Shown here: one piece after another, positions 13,690 through 25,644 of the stretch | Position numbering within the stretch: the stretch's first letter is position 1 | How the letters are laid out: each line of letters starts with the position of its first letter | Source: Eledone cirrhosa | Taxonomy: Eukaryota | Assembly: GCA_964016885.1 (NCBI GenBank) | Contig: OZ024741.1 | Span: 300,824,001 to 300,888,000, forward strand | Direction of reading: 5' to 3' | Length of the DNA stretch: 64,000 nt | Translations under genes and position numbers: made by a program | The notes under the pieces: generated by a model | The model's database searches: none | Told to the model about the DNA's origin: nothing | The model's input: only the letters and a program-made list of their open reading frames with translations

Positions 13690-16600
13690 TTTTGTTCTTG
13701 GAGTATCAGTCATTGATGTTATTTAACTGGAAAGTTTTTTCAAATGAACATCAAGCCGCTACCAGCAGTCTCAGATATTCAGTACGTATCGGAGGCTTCT
13801 TGTTGTTCCCAGCAAGCATGCCTTTTGAAGTTTTTAAAAAAGGGGGGATGGACTAATGTTCTTTAACTATCCTTGAAAACTCTTCGATATAGTATCTACT
13901 ACTCCTACTACATTGAGGATGACCTTGATTTCATGACAGTCTCAAATCCTGGTATCGTTTAATTTTCTCCCTCTCCTTCTCTTGCACTCTCTTGTCTAAT
14001 GGGCAGGCTACATCCACAATCAGGCACGATCTTTTTTCCTTGTCCAAAACCACCATGTCAGGTCTATTGTGTTCCAGTTTATTATCCGTCTGTATCCTAA
14101 AATCCCATAGTACCTTCACCTGATCGTTTTCTATCACCGCCTCTGGCTTATGCTCATACCACTTCTCAGAATGTGGTAAATTGTTTACTTTGTATAGGTA
14201 CCAGTGGATCATCCTGCCCATCACATCGTGTCTCCAGCCCTTATAGTGAGTCTGGGTTAGGTGTTTATACTCGGATACAATGTGAGCCACAGTCTCCTCT
14301 CTCTCTCCACAGATCCTAAACAGTGGGCTAGCCTCCTCCTTGTAAATATGGTGTTTCACCCACTTCGTTTTGAGGGCCTGCTCTTGCGCAGCCATTAGCA
14401 TTCCTTCTGTAGCCTTTTTAAGGTCTCCTCTTTTCAACCAGTTCCATGTCTGTGGATCTCTAAATTCAGTTTTCTCAAAGAAGGTACTATGAAGGTATTT
14501 TTCATGAAGGTTGCTCTTACTCCGTGTTGTTATTTCCTCCCTGGACATCCCCTGGTCTATTGTCTTCTCCTTCAGTACAACTTTGAGCGTTGGCTCCCTA
14601 CTGTCAGTCACGTATTTGTGTAGGTTGTTTTTCTCCATCTGAACACAGTCCTCTATGCTGATAAGATCTATTCCACCTTCAGATCACTTTAAGTAGAGTC
14701 TATCGACATCACTCCTCTTGTGGAACATGTTGTAGATAGTATTAGCTTCCTAGTCTTCTTATCCATTTCTTTTTGTTCAGCAACATTCCATCTCAGAATT
14801 CCCGCACTGTAGCTAATAATAGACACAGCTCGGGAATTTACTGCACTTATGGCATTCCTACTGTTCAGATGTGATTTTAATACGCTCCTTACTCTCCGAA
14901 TGTATTCAGATCTTATCAATTCCTTCATTTTTTTGTTCTTGATGTCATCTGCCTCCAGAACACCTAAATATTTGTATCCTTCTTCGGTGTCAATTTCCTT
15001 TATCATCTCACATGTTGGTACCTGGATTCCGTTGCTTCTGCTCAATTTACCCCTCTTCATCACTGGGACTCCACACTTACTAATACCAAATTGTATATAT
15101 ATATCATTGCTGAAAATACGGACAGTGTCAACAAGCACATCCAACTCCTTCTCACTCTTCCCGAAGAGCTTAACATCGTCCATGAAGTGGAGGTGATTGA
15201 TGGTAAGCTCTCCCTTTCCCAACTTGTATCCTGCTCTCACTTTTCGCAGTATAATCGTCAGGGGGATCAGGGCAAGGACAAACAACAGAGGGGACAAATT
15301 CTCTCCTTGGAAGATACCTCTCTTGATCACGCCTCCCAAGGATTCTCCACCCGATGTTAACTCTGTTTTCCAGGACTTCATACTTTTGCTCAACAACTGT
15401 CTGATGTTATCTGCCACCTAGAAGATCTCTAGGCTTTTGGTTATCCAAGAATGAGGTACCATGTCGAATGCGTTTTTGTAGGCTATCCATCCTATGGCAA
15501 GACCAGTGTGTCTCCTCTTGCAATTCCTCATTACCATCTTATCAATAAGTAACTGGTCATTTGTACCACGGGACTTCTTTCGGCATCCTTTCTGTTCCTC
15601 CGGTAACAAGTTGTTTATGTGGAGGTGATGGTCGATTTCCTCAGACACAATGCTTGTTAACAGTTTCCACATTACGAACAGACATGTGATAGGTCTATAG
15701 TTGCTAACATCATTACCCTTGATTCGGTCTTTCATTACCAGAACTGTGGTAGCTTTTGTCAACCACTCTGGTACCTCACCTGACATCAAGCAGTCATTGA
15801 ACATGGTCGTCAGTTTCGGGTGGAGGGATGTTATATTTTAAATCCAATACCCCTGCACACCATCTGGGCCTGGTGATTTCCAGTTGGCCTGCCCCTTAAG
15901 AGTTTCAACTGTGATACACAAATCAGTTTGTTGGTGTGCCTGTTCACTAATCTCCTTTTGTACTGCCCCAATCCACACTGCCTGGTCATTATGTTTAACA
16001 TCCTGCTCCCATATTCCTCTCCAGAATGTCTTAGTTTGTTCCGCCTCAGGGATCAAGTCGTTGCCTCTTTCTTTCCCTTCAAGCTGTCCAAACAACATCT
16101 TCTGGTTGTTGTCAAACATGCGGTTCTGTCTATACTGACTGACTCTGCTCTCGTATCGCCTCATCTTTGCACTCTTTGCTACAATGCGTTCTTCAGTTCC
16201 TCTATGATCATATTTAGCTTTTTCCTCCTAGTTTTGTACTTTATTTCCAGTCTCTTTTTTATGTCTATGTTTTGTAGTGTCCCATTCAGTAGGGACCCAA
16301 GCTTTCCAATGTCATTTCTCATTTCCATGATTTGACCATTCAGTCGTTTCTTCCACCAAGGTTCTGATATTTCTTGTTCGTTGTTTCCTTTCGCTTTTAT
16401 GCCAAGTAATTTCCTCACTGCATTTGCTGTTGCTTTGAGGATATTGTTGCACTGGTGAAGGTTCCTCGACTCAAGGTATGGGATGACTTTGTTTACCTTA
16501 GCTGTTGTTTCTTTTTTCTCTTTCCTGTCTACAAATCTTAGGTTCATAGGTTTCCCACTATCATTGTTCATTTCATCTACCACTAAGTTTAGGATATCAA

Positions 16601-17272
16601 CCAAATCTTGTCCTAGCCCGTCAGCATTCATTTCCTCAATGGCCGTATCTTTGTTCCAGGTTTTATTTATTTCAGCATTCAGATCATTGTCTGCTTCGGA
16701 TGCCTCCTCCGTTTTCTCAATCTCTTTACCTTCATTTCCCACTGGCTCGTTTGCCTGGCATACTCCACTCTCCATTTACAACTTAATCTCTCTGCTCAAT
16801 TCTTCCAGTTCCAGCTCGCTTATCCATCCATTAGTTCTTATTACCCGAGCCTGCCTGGCCAATTTTTGTTCATCTAATTTAAATAGACCCATCTCGTTCC
16901 AGATGTTATGCATCCATTTCCTATAGCCTTTTTCCTTGGGGTTACTCTTCAGGTAACATTGCATAACAGTTCTATTCAACTCTTTCGACCAGTTGGTTCT
17001 GGTCCCTTTCCTTCTTCTTCCAACACCAGCAGTATTTGGATGACAGCCAGGTCCATGCTGCTGGGCCAGGGAGCACCTGCAGGGTGAGAGTCTGTCACAT
17101 GACGTTCCAGCCTCCACTTCACCGTTATTCGCACTGTTTAGGTTCGACATTTAAACACTCATATCGAGGATTGGTGAATGTATGGTTACATAACCACCGG
17201 TGATTTCATTACCCCCAGCGATTTGGTCATTCCCAGTGATTTTAGCGTGGCACTATCACGCTGTAGACGAAC
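13690..17272 (-). mobile_element. Full-length decayed R4/Dong-clade LINE, family B
   Basis: Minus ORFs: TNWSKELNRTVMQCY, WKSPGPDGVQGYWI, NYRPITCL, GIFQGENLSPLLF, HFMDDVKLF, RPDMVVLD..VDVACP. Many stops. AT-rich TAA/TAAA flanks. Confidence 0.92.
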
Positions 17273-17472
17273 ATAAATAAATAAACAAATAAATAGGTAA
17301 AAACTTTAAAAAATAAACATAAGTTTCATTGTAATGTTTGAATGTCTGACTTTTTTTTTTTACGTTTTTCGTTGCTGCTGTGCTGTTTTGATTTTAGCTT
17401 CATGGGAAGTAGGGCTGTTGCGTTCAAAACTTTTGAAATTTGTTTCGACATGTTTATCATTATTATTATTAT

Positions 17473-17800
17473 CAGGCGGTGGATTGGCAGTATCGGTAGA
17501 GGGTCGGACACCATGCTTTGAAGTATAGAGTTACCTCCCTGTATGATCTGAGTTCAAATCCCGCCGAGGTTAACTTTGCCTTTCATCCTTACGGGGTCGA
17601 TAAAATAAAGTACCAGTAATGCACTGTGTAATTTGCTGGCCTTGTACCGAAAAGTAGAAACAATTATTGTTATTATCAGCCGAGGTTAACTTTGCCCTCC
17701 ATCCCTACGGGGTCGATGAAACAAAGCACCAGCAATGCACTGGGAAATTGCAGACCCTGCGCCAAAAAAAAAATAGAAACAATTATTATTATTATATTAT
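17473..17800 (+). mobile_element. tRNA-derived SINE (17473-17672) plus a tandem partial copy (17679-17800) with (TTA)n tails
   Basis: A-box-like TGGCAGTATCGG, B-box GAGTTCAAATCCC, conserved GCCTTTCATCCTTACGGGGTCGATAAAATAAAGTACCAG and tail GAAACAATTATT. Confidence 0.9.
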
Positions 17801-18289
17801 AGTTTAGATTTGACATCATTTAAACTAAACACTTTGAGAGAGTTAACAATAAGGTACAGCAGCAATAATGTCTTAACAGGAGGTAGTGGGAGAGTATAGC
17901 GGCGGTAGCGATAATGATGCAGTGGTGGTGATGTGATAGTAGTACTGTAGTGATGGTGTTGAAGTAACCGTTGGTTTGGCTAGATTTTGTGTGTGGTAGT
18001 AGTGATGGTGGCGGCGGCGGTGGTGGTGTTGGTGGTGAAATTATTTGCCTGTTGTTTGTAGCCATGTAGCCATTTTGCTTTTTTGACTATAACATTTCTG
18101 ATCCCAAATTAAATATTAAATATTGGGGCCGTAAGCCATAATGTGATGCATTGTCACTTCCTGAGAGTCAAAACTGTAATCTTATGTTCCATTTGTAATA
18201 AGAATTATTCTATCACAATTGTTTTAAATACGTAAAAATCAAAAACTTAAGGGAGCGATTCCATAACACTCTATCCACTACGTGCGTAT

Positions 18290-19430
18290 CTTCCCTTCTT
18301 TGCTGAGGCTGCGACATCTCTGCTGCTTCCTTGACGGTGAACAGGTGTGGTCGCCGTCTCCAGGCACGTTTTCCCACAGCTCGTCTGACGGAGCTGCAGT
18401 CCTGGGTCAGGAAAAGACCGAGGGATAGCGCTTGGAAACTGGAATGTCTCCAGGCGCTCACTGCCCTCTGCCAGCTGGGCACTAGTATCGGTGGAACATC
18501 CACCTCGGCGTTCTATAGAAGACTAGTGGATGGCAAGAGCGACGACGTTCTCGGAGAGATCCTGGGCGTCGAATAAGATCAGCTGTTTGCTCTCTTCCGG
18601 AGAACTTTCAGCCCAGGGCCTATGGATAACTTCCAAAAATCTCTGGCCTGGCAGTGCTACCGGGAAGCGCTGCCGGTTCGAGATAAGCTCTACAGGCACG
18701 GAAGTGCCGTCAGCCGAGCCTGTCCGAGATGCGCGCCGAGCGACGAAACCGTCATGCACGCACTCGTTCAGTGCCCGAGCATTGCTGACTTGTGGAGCTA
18801 TGTCGAACAGTTGCTGTCGCGGGTAGGACTGATCCGGTTATCGACTGAGTCCATTGTCCAGATGGTCTCGCCATCTTCCTTCAAGGAGGAAGGGCATGCG
18901 GTTTTGATCTGCCTGGTGGCCATGCGAAAGAGATTGTGTGGTGGACAAGGTTGAAAGGGTTCCTCTTTGGCGAATCTCTAATTAACTTTTTCAAGTTTCA
19001 CTTGAAGTGGAAAATCAGGGTGGAGAGGCAAGTGCTGCCTTCTAGCAAGTTTGTTGAAAGGTGGGTGAATGTAGCGAGAATGGTCCTAGTGAACGGGACC
19101 GCTCTGAATATACGTCTGTAGTTTGAGAAATGGAAAAATTGAGAGAGGGCGCTTGCCCTGGTGGTCTTTTGTGTGGTTTTCGCCACAAGTAACCCACGGA
19201 GGTTTCCCCCCTATTGGGGAATTTTTCATTGTTTCAATTTTCATTTTTATTGTTTATATATATATACGATTCTGTCTTTTTTTTCTTTTTTTTATATAAA
19301 TAATAAAAATATTTACACGCACAAAACCCACATCGTACCGTCCTGTATCATCCTGTGCCGTCTGTATGTTTTTCTTGATGTCAGCCCGTGTGGCCAATAA
19401 AGAAATTATTATTATTATTATTATTGTTAT
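18290..19430 (+). mobile_element. Tx1/L1-clade LINE 3' fragment
   Basis: MDNFQKSLAWQCYREALPVRDKL..CPRC..ETVMHALVQCP (zf-RVT). Homologous to 24230-25340 and 33540-34620. Ends CCAATAAAGAAATTATT. Confidence 0.9.
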
Positions 19431-19431
19431 T

Positions 19432-20214
19432 GTTATTCCCTGAATCTCAGTCATTGATGTTGGTTAACTGGAAAGTCCGTTGGATTGAATATCAAGCCAC
19501 TACCTGCAGCCTCAGATATTCAGGACGTATCGGAGGGTTCTTGCCGTTCCAAGCAAGCATGCCTTTTGAAGCGTTCCAAAAAGCGTGAAGGGGCCGATTT
19601 TCTTTAACCATCCCTGGAAACCTTTGGAGATAGTCCCCAGTGCGCCTATGACAATCGGGATCACTTTGACTTCATGGCAGTTCCAAATCCTTTTCACCTC
19701 CCACTTTAGGTCCTGGTATCGGTTAATTTTCTCCCTCTCCTTCTCTTGCACTCTCGTGTCGAACGGGCAGGCCACATCCACAATCAGGCACGATCTTTTT
19801 TCTTTGTCCACAACCACCAGGTCAGGTCTATTGTGTTCCAGTTTTTTGTCCGTCTGTATCCTAAAATCCCACAGCACCTTCACCTGACTGTTCTCCATCA
19901 CCGCCTCTGGCCTATGCTCATACCATTTCTCAGAATGTGGTAGATTGTTTACTTTGCACAGGTGCCAGTGGATCACCCTGCCCATCACATTGTGTCTCCA
20001 GCCCTTATAGTGGGTCTGGGCTAGGTGTTTACACTCGGACACAATGTGAGCCACAGTCTCCTCTCTCTCTCCACAGATCCTGCACAGTGGGCTAGCCTCC
20101 TCCTTGTAGATATGGTGCTTCAACCACTTCGTTTTGAGGGCCTGCTCCTGCGCAGCCATTAGCATTCCTTCTGTAGCCTTTTTGAGGTCTCCTCTTCTCA
20201 ACCAGTTCCATGTC

Positions 20215-20217
<3 letters not shown>
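19432..20217 (-). mobile_element. R4/Dong family B 3' fragment (RLE domain) inserted in a (TTA)n tract
   Basis: ORF 19512-20201: CRICGEREETVAHIVSEC, RPDLVVVD, VDVACP, IPIVIGALG. Close to 13931-14638. (TTA)n on both sides. Confidence 0.92.
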
Positions 20218-20269
<52 letters not shown>

Positions 20270-20272
<3 letters not shown>

Positions 20273-21525
20273 GGCGACCTACGTAGGAAATCGTATTATC
20301 GTGAGCTCCGCAGAGGTTTGTTGTTTTCACTTGTTTCAAATTGCCATTTATGGCGAAATGGATACCTGACACACAAAGTCATATATGTTTCGTAGTCATT
20401 TAATAAGGTTTCGAGACATTAATGCAGATTTTGTTTTATTCGTGTCAACATATGTTAAAGAATAGAAACTCACACAACGTGTTGAATTATGCATCGTCCT
20501 TCAACTTATTGTATGCCCTTACTTGCTATGGAATTCCTTCTCAATATAAATTGCATTTTCCTTGATTTATGCATATTTCAAATGAAGATTTTAAAACATG
20601 ATCTTCGTTAAATTTACTTCTGAGTTTTCACATGGCCGCAGTGTAGCGGGAACGTCTAAAAACATCAATGCTTTAGGCCATAACTACGTTGCATTAAAGG
20701 TTTCTTTTGAGGTGAATTCACTCCTGAAGATAAGAAAGTTCGCAGACGTCCTTTGACGATGATGCTTCGATGGAATGAAATCATCACACAACTGGCCTAG
20801 AACTTCAAGGTGAGCGAGATATCAAAATGGGATCTATTGTTGACATTTCAATGAAATTGGAAAGTCAAAGAAGCTTGAAATATGAGGTCCACCAGAATTG
20901 AACAAAAACCATAAAAGTCAACTGTGAAGTCTCTTCTTCGTTTCTGTTGGGCAACATAGACGACCCATTTGTTTCATCATCACAATGTGATGTGCTATAA
21001 ATGAGGATCCTATACTGACGTTCGGCACAGTTTCCGGAGCGGGATGAAGCTCGTAAATTCATTACAAATCTAGAACTGTATCAAAAATAGGTTATAGTGA
21101 CTCATTCGGGAACCGCCACCGGATTAGTCCACTATAGTTTTCTCAATCGAGCAGAAACAATCACAGCAGGCAAATATTCTCATGGAATCGATAAAATGCG
21201 TCGCACCTCTTCAGCATTGGTAAATAAAAATGGTCCAGTCTTCAACAACAACGCTTGACAACATATGACAACGCACCATAAATTGAATAAATTGGCTACG
21301 AAACTGCCCCGCCCAGTAAACCCACTACTATTCAACAATAGGTTACACTTTTTTTAAGTATTACGGTAAGGAAAGGTCTTAAACAAACCGGAAAAAATAC
21401 ACATACGTAGAAGTTATCGCCCGAAAACTTCAGAATGTTACGCAAATAAATAAATTTGTATTTTTTTTGGCATAAACGTGTAGATTTTGATCAACGAGAA
21501 ATATTCTGGAGTCCAATAACTTCTT
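20270..21525 (+). mobile_element. Decayed mariner (Tc1/mariner) transposon
   Basis: Broken frames give RILY*RSAQF..RDEA and GLVHYSFLNRAETITAGKY..ID..LVNKNGPVF.NNA, matching mariner DDD motifs (GVIHYSFL.PGETI, ILLHDNARPH). Ends are uncertain. Confidence 0.7.
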
Positions 21526-21574
21526 TTACTTCTTCTTCTTCTTCTTCTTATTATTATTATTATTATTATTATTA

Positions 21575-23259
21575 TTTGCTAACACCTTGGCCAAAATCTT
21601 AAACTCTGTGTTGAGCAGAGTTATGGGCCTGAAGTTGTCTAATGTATCCCTCTTGTTCTCGTCTTTCCTTATCAGCGTCACCACTCCCCTGCTCACAGAA
21701 CTGGGAATACTCCCATTCTGCTGCCAGTTACAGTAGAGTGCTTCAAGGAGTTCGGAGAACAAGTCTGGCATATTTACGTAAAGCTCGTAGGGCAGGCCAT
21801 CCAAGCCTGGTGACTTGCGCCTCATGCAGCCGACAAGGGCGTCCTGAATTTCGGCTGAAGTAATCGGCCTTTCGCAGCGCTCAGCGTCGACCGTCGAGAT
21901 GCGCGGCAAGCCGTCAAGGTAGGGACTGAAATCCGCTACTCTCTCTGACCCGCCACTCTCCCCGAACAACCGAGCAAAGTGCTGGCGAAAGGCCTCACAC
22001 ATCCGCTTGGAATCGCTTATCTCGTGTCCGTCTCGGTCCGCCAAAGACCGAATTGTGGTTTTATTACCACGCTGCGCCTCCGCCACGCGGGCCCATCGAA
22101 CAGCTTTAGTTCCCTCGTTTCTCAGCGCACGCGCCTTAGCTCTGACAATGCAACCTTCGTGTTTGGCATTGAAGAAATGGTCTAATGCCATTCTCGCCGC
22201 TAGCACGTCAGTTGCGATGCCACTACAAATAGCCTCGTCTAACTTATCTACCAGCTCCCCCTCCTTTCTATTTTTCTCTAACGCTAGTACTTTGCTGAAC
22301 TCTATCGAAGTTACTCTAATCTCTCTTTTGAGAGCCCCCCACCATCTGTTGTTGATGATCCCCCCTGTCAACTTTTGCTTAACTAACTTATTGACTCGGT
22401 CCCTGTAAGCCTTACGTGCCGGAAATGACATGTTCAGCTTCCAGTAACACGGTCCTAACCTACGCGTTTTATTTAGGTCGACCGTACAGATCACAAATTT
22501 GTGATCTGTATAGGCGACCGTTTTAAAAAGTGGACAGCCCACACTATTTCTATCTATTTTCCTAATGAAGATTCTGTCTATATACGATCTAGATGACCCC
22601 ATTCGGTTGGTCCATGTCCATACTGGCACATTGGGGAAATCTAGTCGATACCTGTCAGACAGTTGGAACTGGCTGAGTAGGTGCTTGAGGCTTTTGCACC
22701 CCCCGCTCCTATCGGCTACTCCCACACAATCCCAGCGTGCGTCTAAGATGCCATTCCAGTCCCCCGCTAACAGTAAAGGGCGAGACGTACCCAGAAAGGT
22801 CTCTAATCGCCTAAAGAAGTCAGGTCGTCCGGCCCCTGTAGGGGCGTAGGCGGCCAGCAGTCTAAAGGCACCACCTTCGCTACTGCTCACATCCAAGACC
22901 ACCAACTTACCGTCCGGGTCCCGGAAGATCGACCTTACCTCGAGATCCAGTCCTTTCCTAAACAGCATTGCCACCCCACCCCCCATTCCCGGCCTGCTAA
23001 CAGATGCGAAGATCTGATAGTCCTCGAAAATGGGGGCTAGTGCACGCGTGTCGGAAATTCTGGTCTCGCTTACGGCAATCACATCCATTTCCAGCGACCG
23101 GAGGTCGTTGAGCAGGCGACACTGCTTCCAGGGTGACCCCAGGCCGCGAACATTTAAACTTCCTACTCTTAATATGGCCATATTGGTAAGCTAAGAGAGA
23201 GAGAGGGGAGGTTTACTTACCTCCCGGGTCTTGTGAAGGTCGGGTGGTTCGACCTCCAT
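21575..23259 (-). mobile_element. Inverted 5' segment of a Tx1/L1-clade LINE (ORF2 APE endonuclease to start of RT)
   Basis: Open ORF 23181 to 21575: GSLNVRGL, SET, LLAGDWN, SYIDR, TDH, WKLN, KSPGLDGLPYE, NFRPITLLNTEFKILAKVLA, then runs into (TAA)n. Confidence 0.93.
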
Positions 23260-25365
23260 GCGCTTGTCGTCGAGGATTTGGTTGGGGAGGCGCAAACCTG
23301 CGCAATCCCAGCCAGGTCCATACACGACAATCTACACCTCATGCGATACATCATAGAGAGGGTAGGGTGTAAACCTGGCTTCGGTGGGGCACTGATCAAT
23401 TTAGATCAATCGAAAGCATTCGATAGGGTCGACCATCGGTATCTGGAGTTTGTCCTCAAAGCAGCTGGCTTCGGCCCTGTCTTTAGAAGCTGGATCGTTG
23501 CAATGCACAGCGGCACACGCTCGGTGGTCAAAGTTAATGGCCACCTCTCGGAACCATTTCGGCTCTCCCGATCGGTCCGTCAAGGGTGCCCTCTCTCTTC
23601 CCTTCTGTACGTATTGACTCTCGAGCCTTTACTGCGGAAGCTGGAGCTGTTGCAGGGCATCCCGCTCGAACCGGGACGTGGAAAGGCGGTGTTGGCTTAT
23701 GCGGACGACATCACCGTGATGGTGTCGAACACCTCAGAAATCGAGGTGGTCGGCACCTTATTGAAAGAATATGAAAGGTTGACAGGAGCCAAACTTAACC
23801 CGGAAAAGTCGGTGGGCTTGCAGCTCGGAACCTGGAGAGGAAAGCCCATGCCGTCCAACAGCGTCGTGGGGCGCTGGACGGACGGACCAGTAAAGTTACT
23901 CGGGGTTTGGTTCGGACCAGACCTCCAGGTGGAAAAGAATTGGGACGAGGTAACGAGCAGAGTAGCCAGTCTCACCCAAAAATGGGCTGGGAGGAAGCTA
24001 TCACTGAAAGGTCGCGCGGAGGTGGCGAATGCGTACATCGCGTCCATCATCTATTACCGCCTAACCGTCGTGCCTTGCCCCCGTCCGCGCCTCGTCAAGT
24101 TGGAACGGCTCCTCTTCAAATTCTTGTGGAGGGGACAAGTTCCGTTGGTGAGGCGGTCCATCTGCTGCCAGCACCCTCTACACGGAGGGCTGGGCATGCC
24201 GTGGCTAATGATGCGCAGACATGCGTTGAGGCTGCGACATCTCCAGATATTCTGCCTCAATGGTGAACAGGTGTGGTCGCCGTTTATCAGACGGGCCTTT
24301 CCGCAGCTCATTTCTTTGACTGAGCTGCAGTCCTGGGTCAAGAAGAGACCGAGACTGGGTGACTGGCACCTGGAATGTTGCCAGGCACTCACTGCCCTCT
24401 ACCAAGCGGGCAATGCGATCAGTGGAACTTCCACTCTCGAGTTTTATAGAGGATTAGTGGTGGGCAAGTGCGATGACGCACTCGGAGAAGGTTTGGGCCT
24501 CGACGAAGTCGAACTGACCAGTCTGTACCGGAGGACTTTTGAGCCGGGGACGATGGACAATTTCCAGAAATCCCTCGCTTGGCAGTGCTACCGGGGGGCA
24601 CTGCCGGTTCGGGATAAACTCTACAGGCACGGAAGTGCTGTCAGACGGACCTGCCCAAGATGCGCACAGAACGACGAAACCGTTCTGCACGCACTTGTCC
24701 AATGTCCGTGCATTACTGACTTGTGGAGTTATGTCGAACAGCTACTGTCGCGTGTGGAACGAATCCAGTTATCGGCCGAGTCCATAGTGAAGATCGAGCC
24801 GCCACCTTCCTTAGGTCAGGAAGAGCATAACATTTTCCTCTGTCTGGTGGCAGTTGCGAAAGAGATTATATGGTGGACCAGGTTGAAAGGACTAAAGACA
24901 AACACTTTTCTCTTCAGCCAATCCCTCATCAACTTCTTCAAGTTTCACCTGGAAAGGAGGGTGAGGGTGGAGAGAGAAGTGCTGCCCCCAGTACATTTGC
25001 TAAAAGGTGGGTGAATGTGGCAAGAATGGCTCGTATGAATGGGCCTACTCTGACCATGCGCCTATAGGCTAGCTAACTTGAGGAGAGGGGTGCTCTCCTG
25101 GGTGCCCTAGAAGCGCAGGGTGGTTCAGGATTGGTGGGGTACCCGAATCACCCCAGGGTCGTCCACCCCCTATCGGGGAATTTATTTTGTTATATTTTGC
25201 ATAGTTTATTTTATATTTTATATTTTCATTGTTAAATTAGTCTTGCCATTGTGCACTTTTACTCGACCTTATTGTAAACCCCCACTGTCCCTGTCTTTGT
25301 ATTGTCCCCTACATGTCGGCCCTTGTGGCTAATAAATGAAATCATTATTATTATTATTATTTTTA
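23260..25365 (+). mobile_element. Sense 3' segment of the same Tx1/L1-clade LINE (RT, zf-RVT, 3' UTR, (TTA)n tail)
   Basis: ALVVEDLVGEAQTCAIPARSI, LDQSKAFDRVDH, VRQGCPLS, AYADD, GGLG, CPRC..HALVQC. It continues almost exactly where the inverted piece stops. Confidence 0.93.
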
Positions 25366-25644
25366 TTTTCTTTCATTATTGTTTCTGAGATATATGCCGA
25401 GTGTCTTTCAGAAACCTCGGGCAAATAAATTCACAGTGTGAATTGGCAAGCCAGTTAATACAGCACATTGATTATGATAAAAAAAAACGGTATACATATA
25501 TACACATGTGCATATGCATATGTAAACAGAAGGAGTGATATCAATGTTACAGAGATAGTGCTCTTCTCAATACGTGTGCATTACCAGTCAAAACAATTTT
25601 TTGCACATCGCGCAGAGAGGTTAAACAAGGAATCATTCGCAAAT

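Noticed and set aside
17150-17275. HDV-like ribozyme in the R4 5' UTR
   Set aside because: Some hairpin potential, but the nested double pseudoknot could not be assigned by eye.
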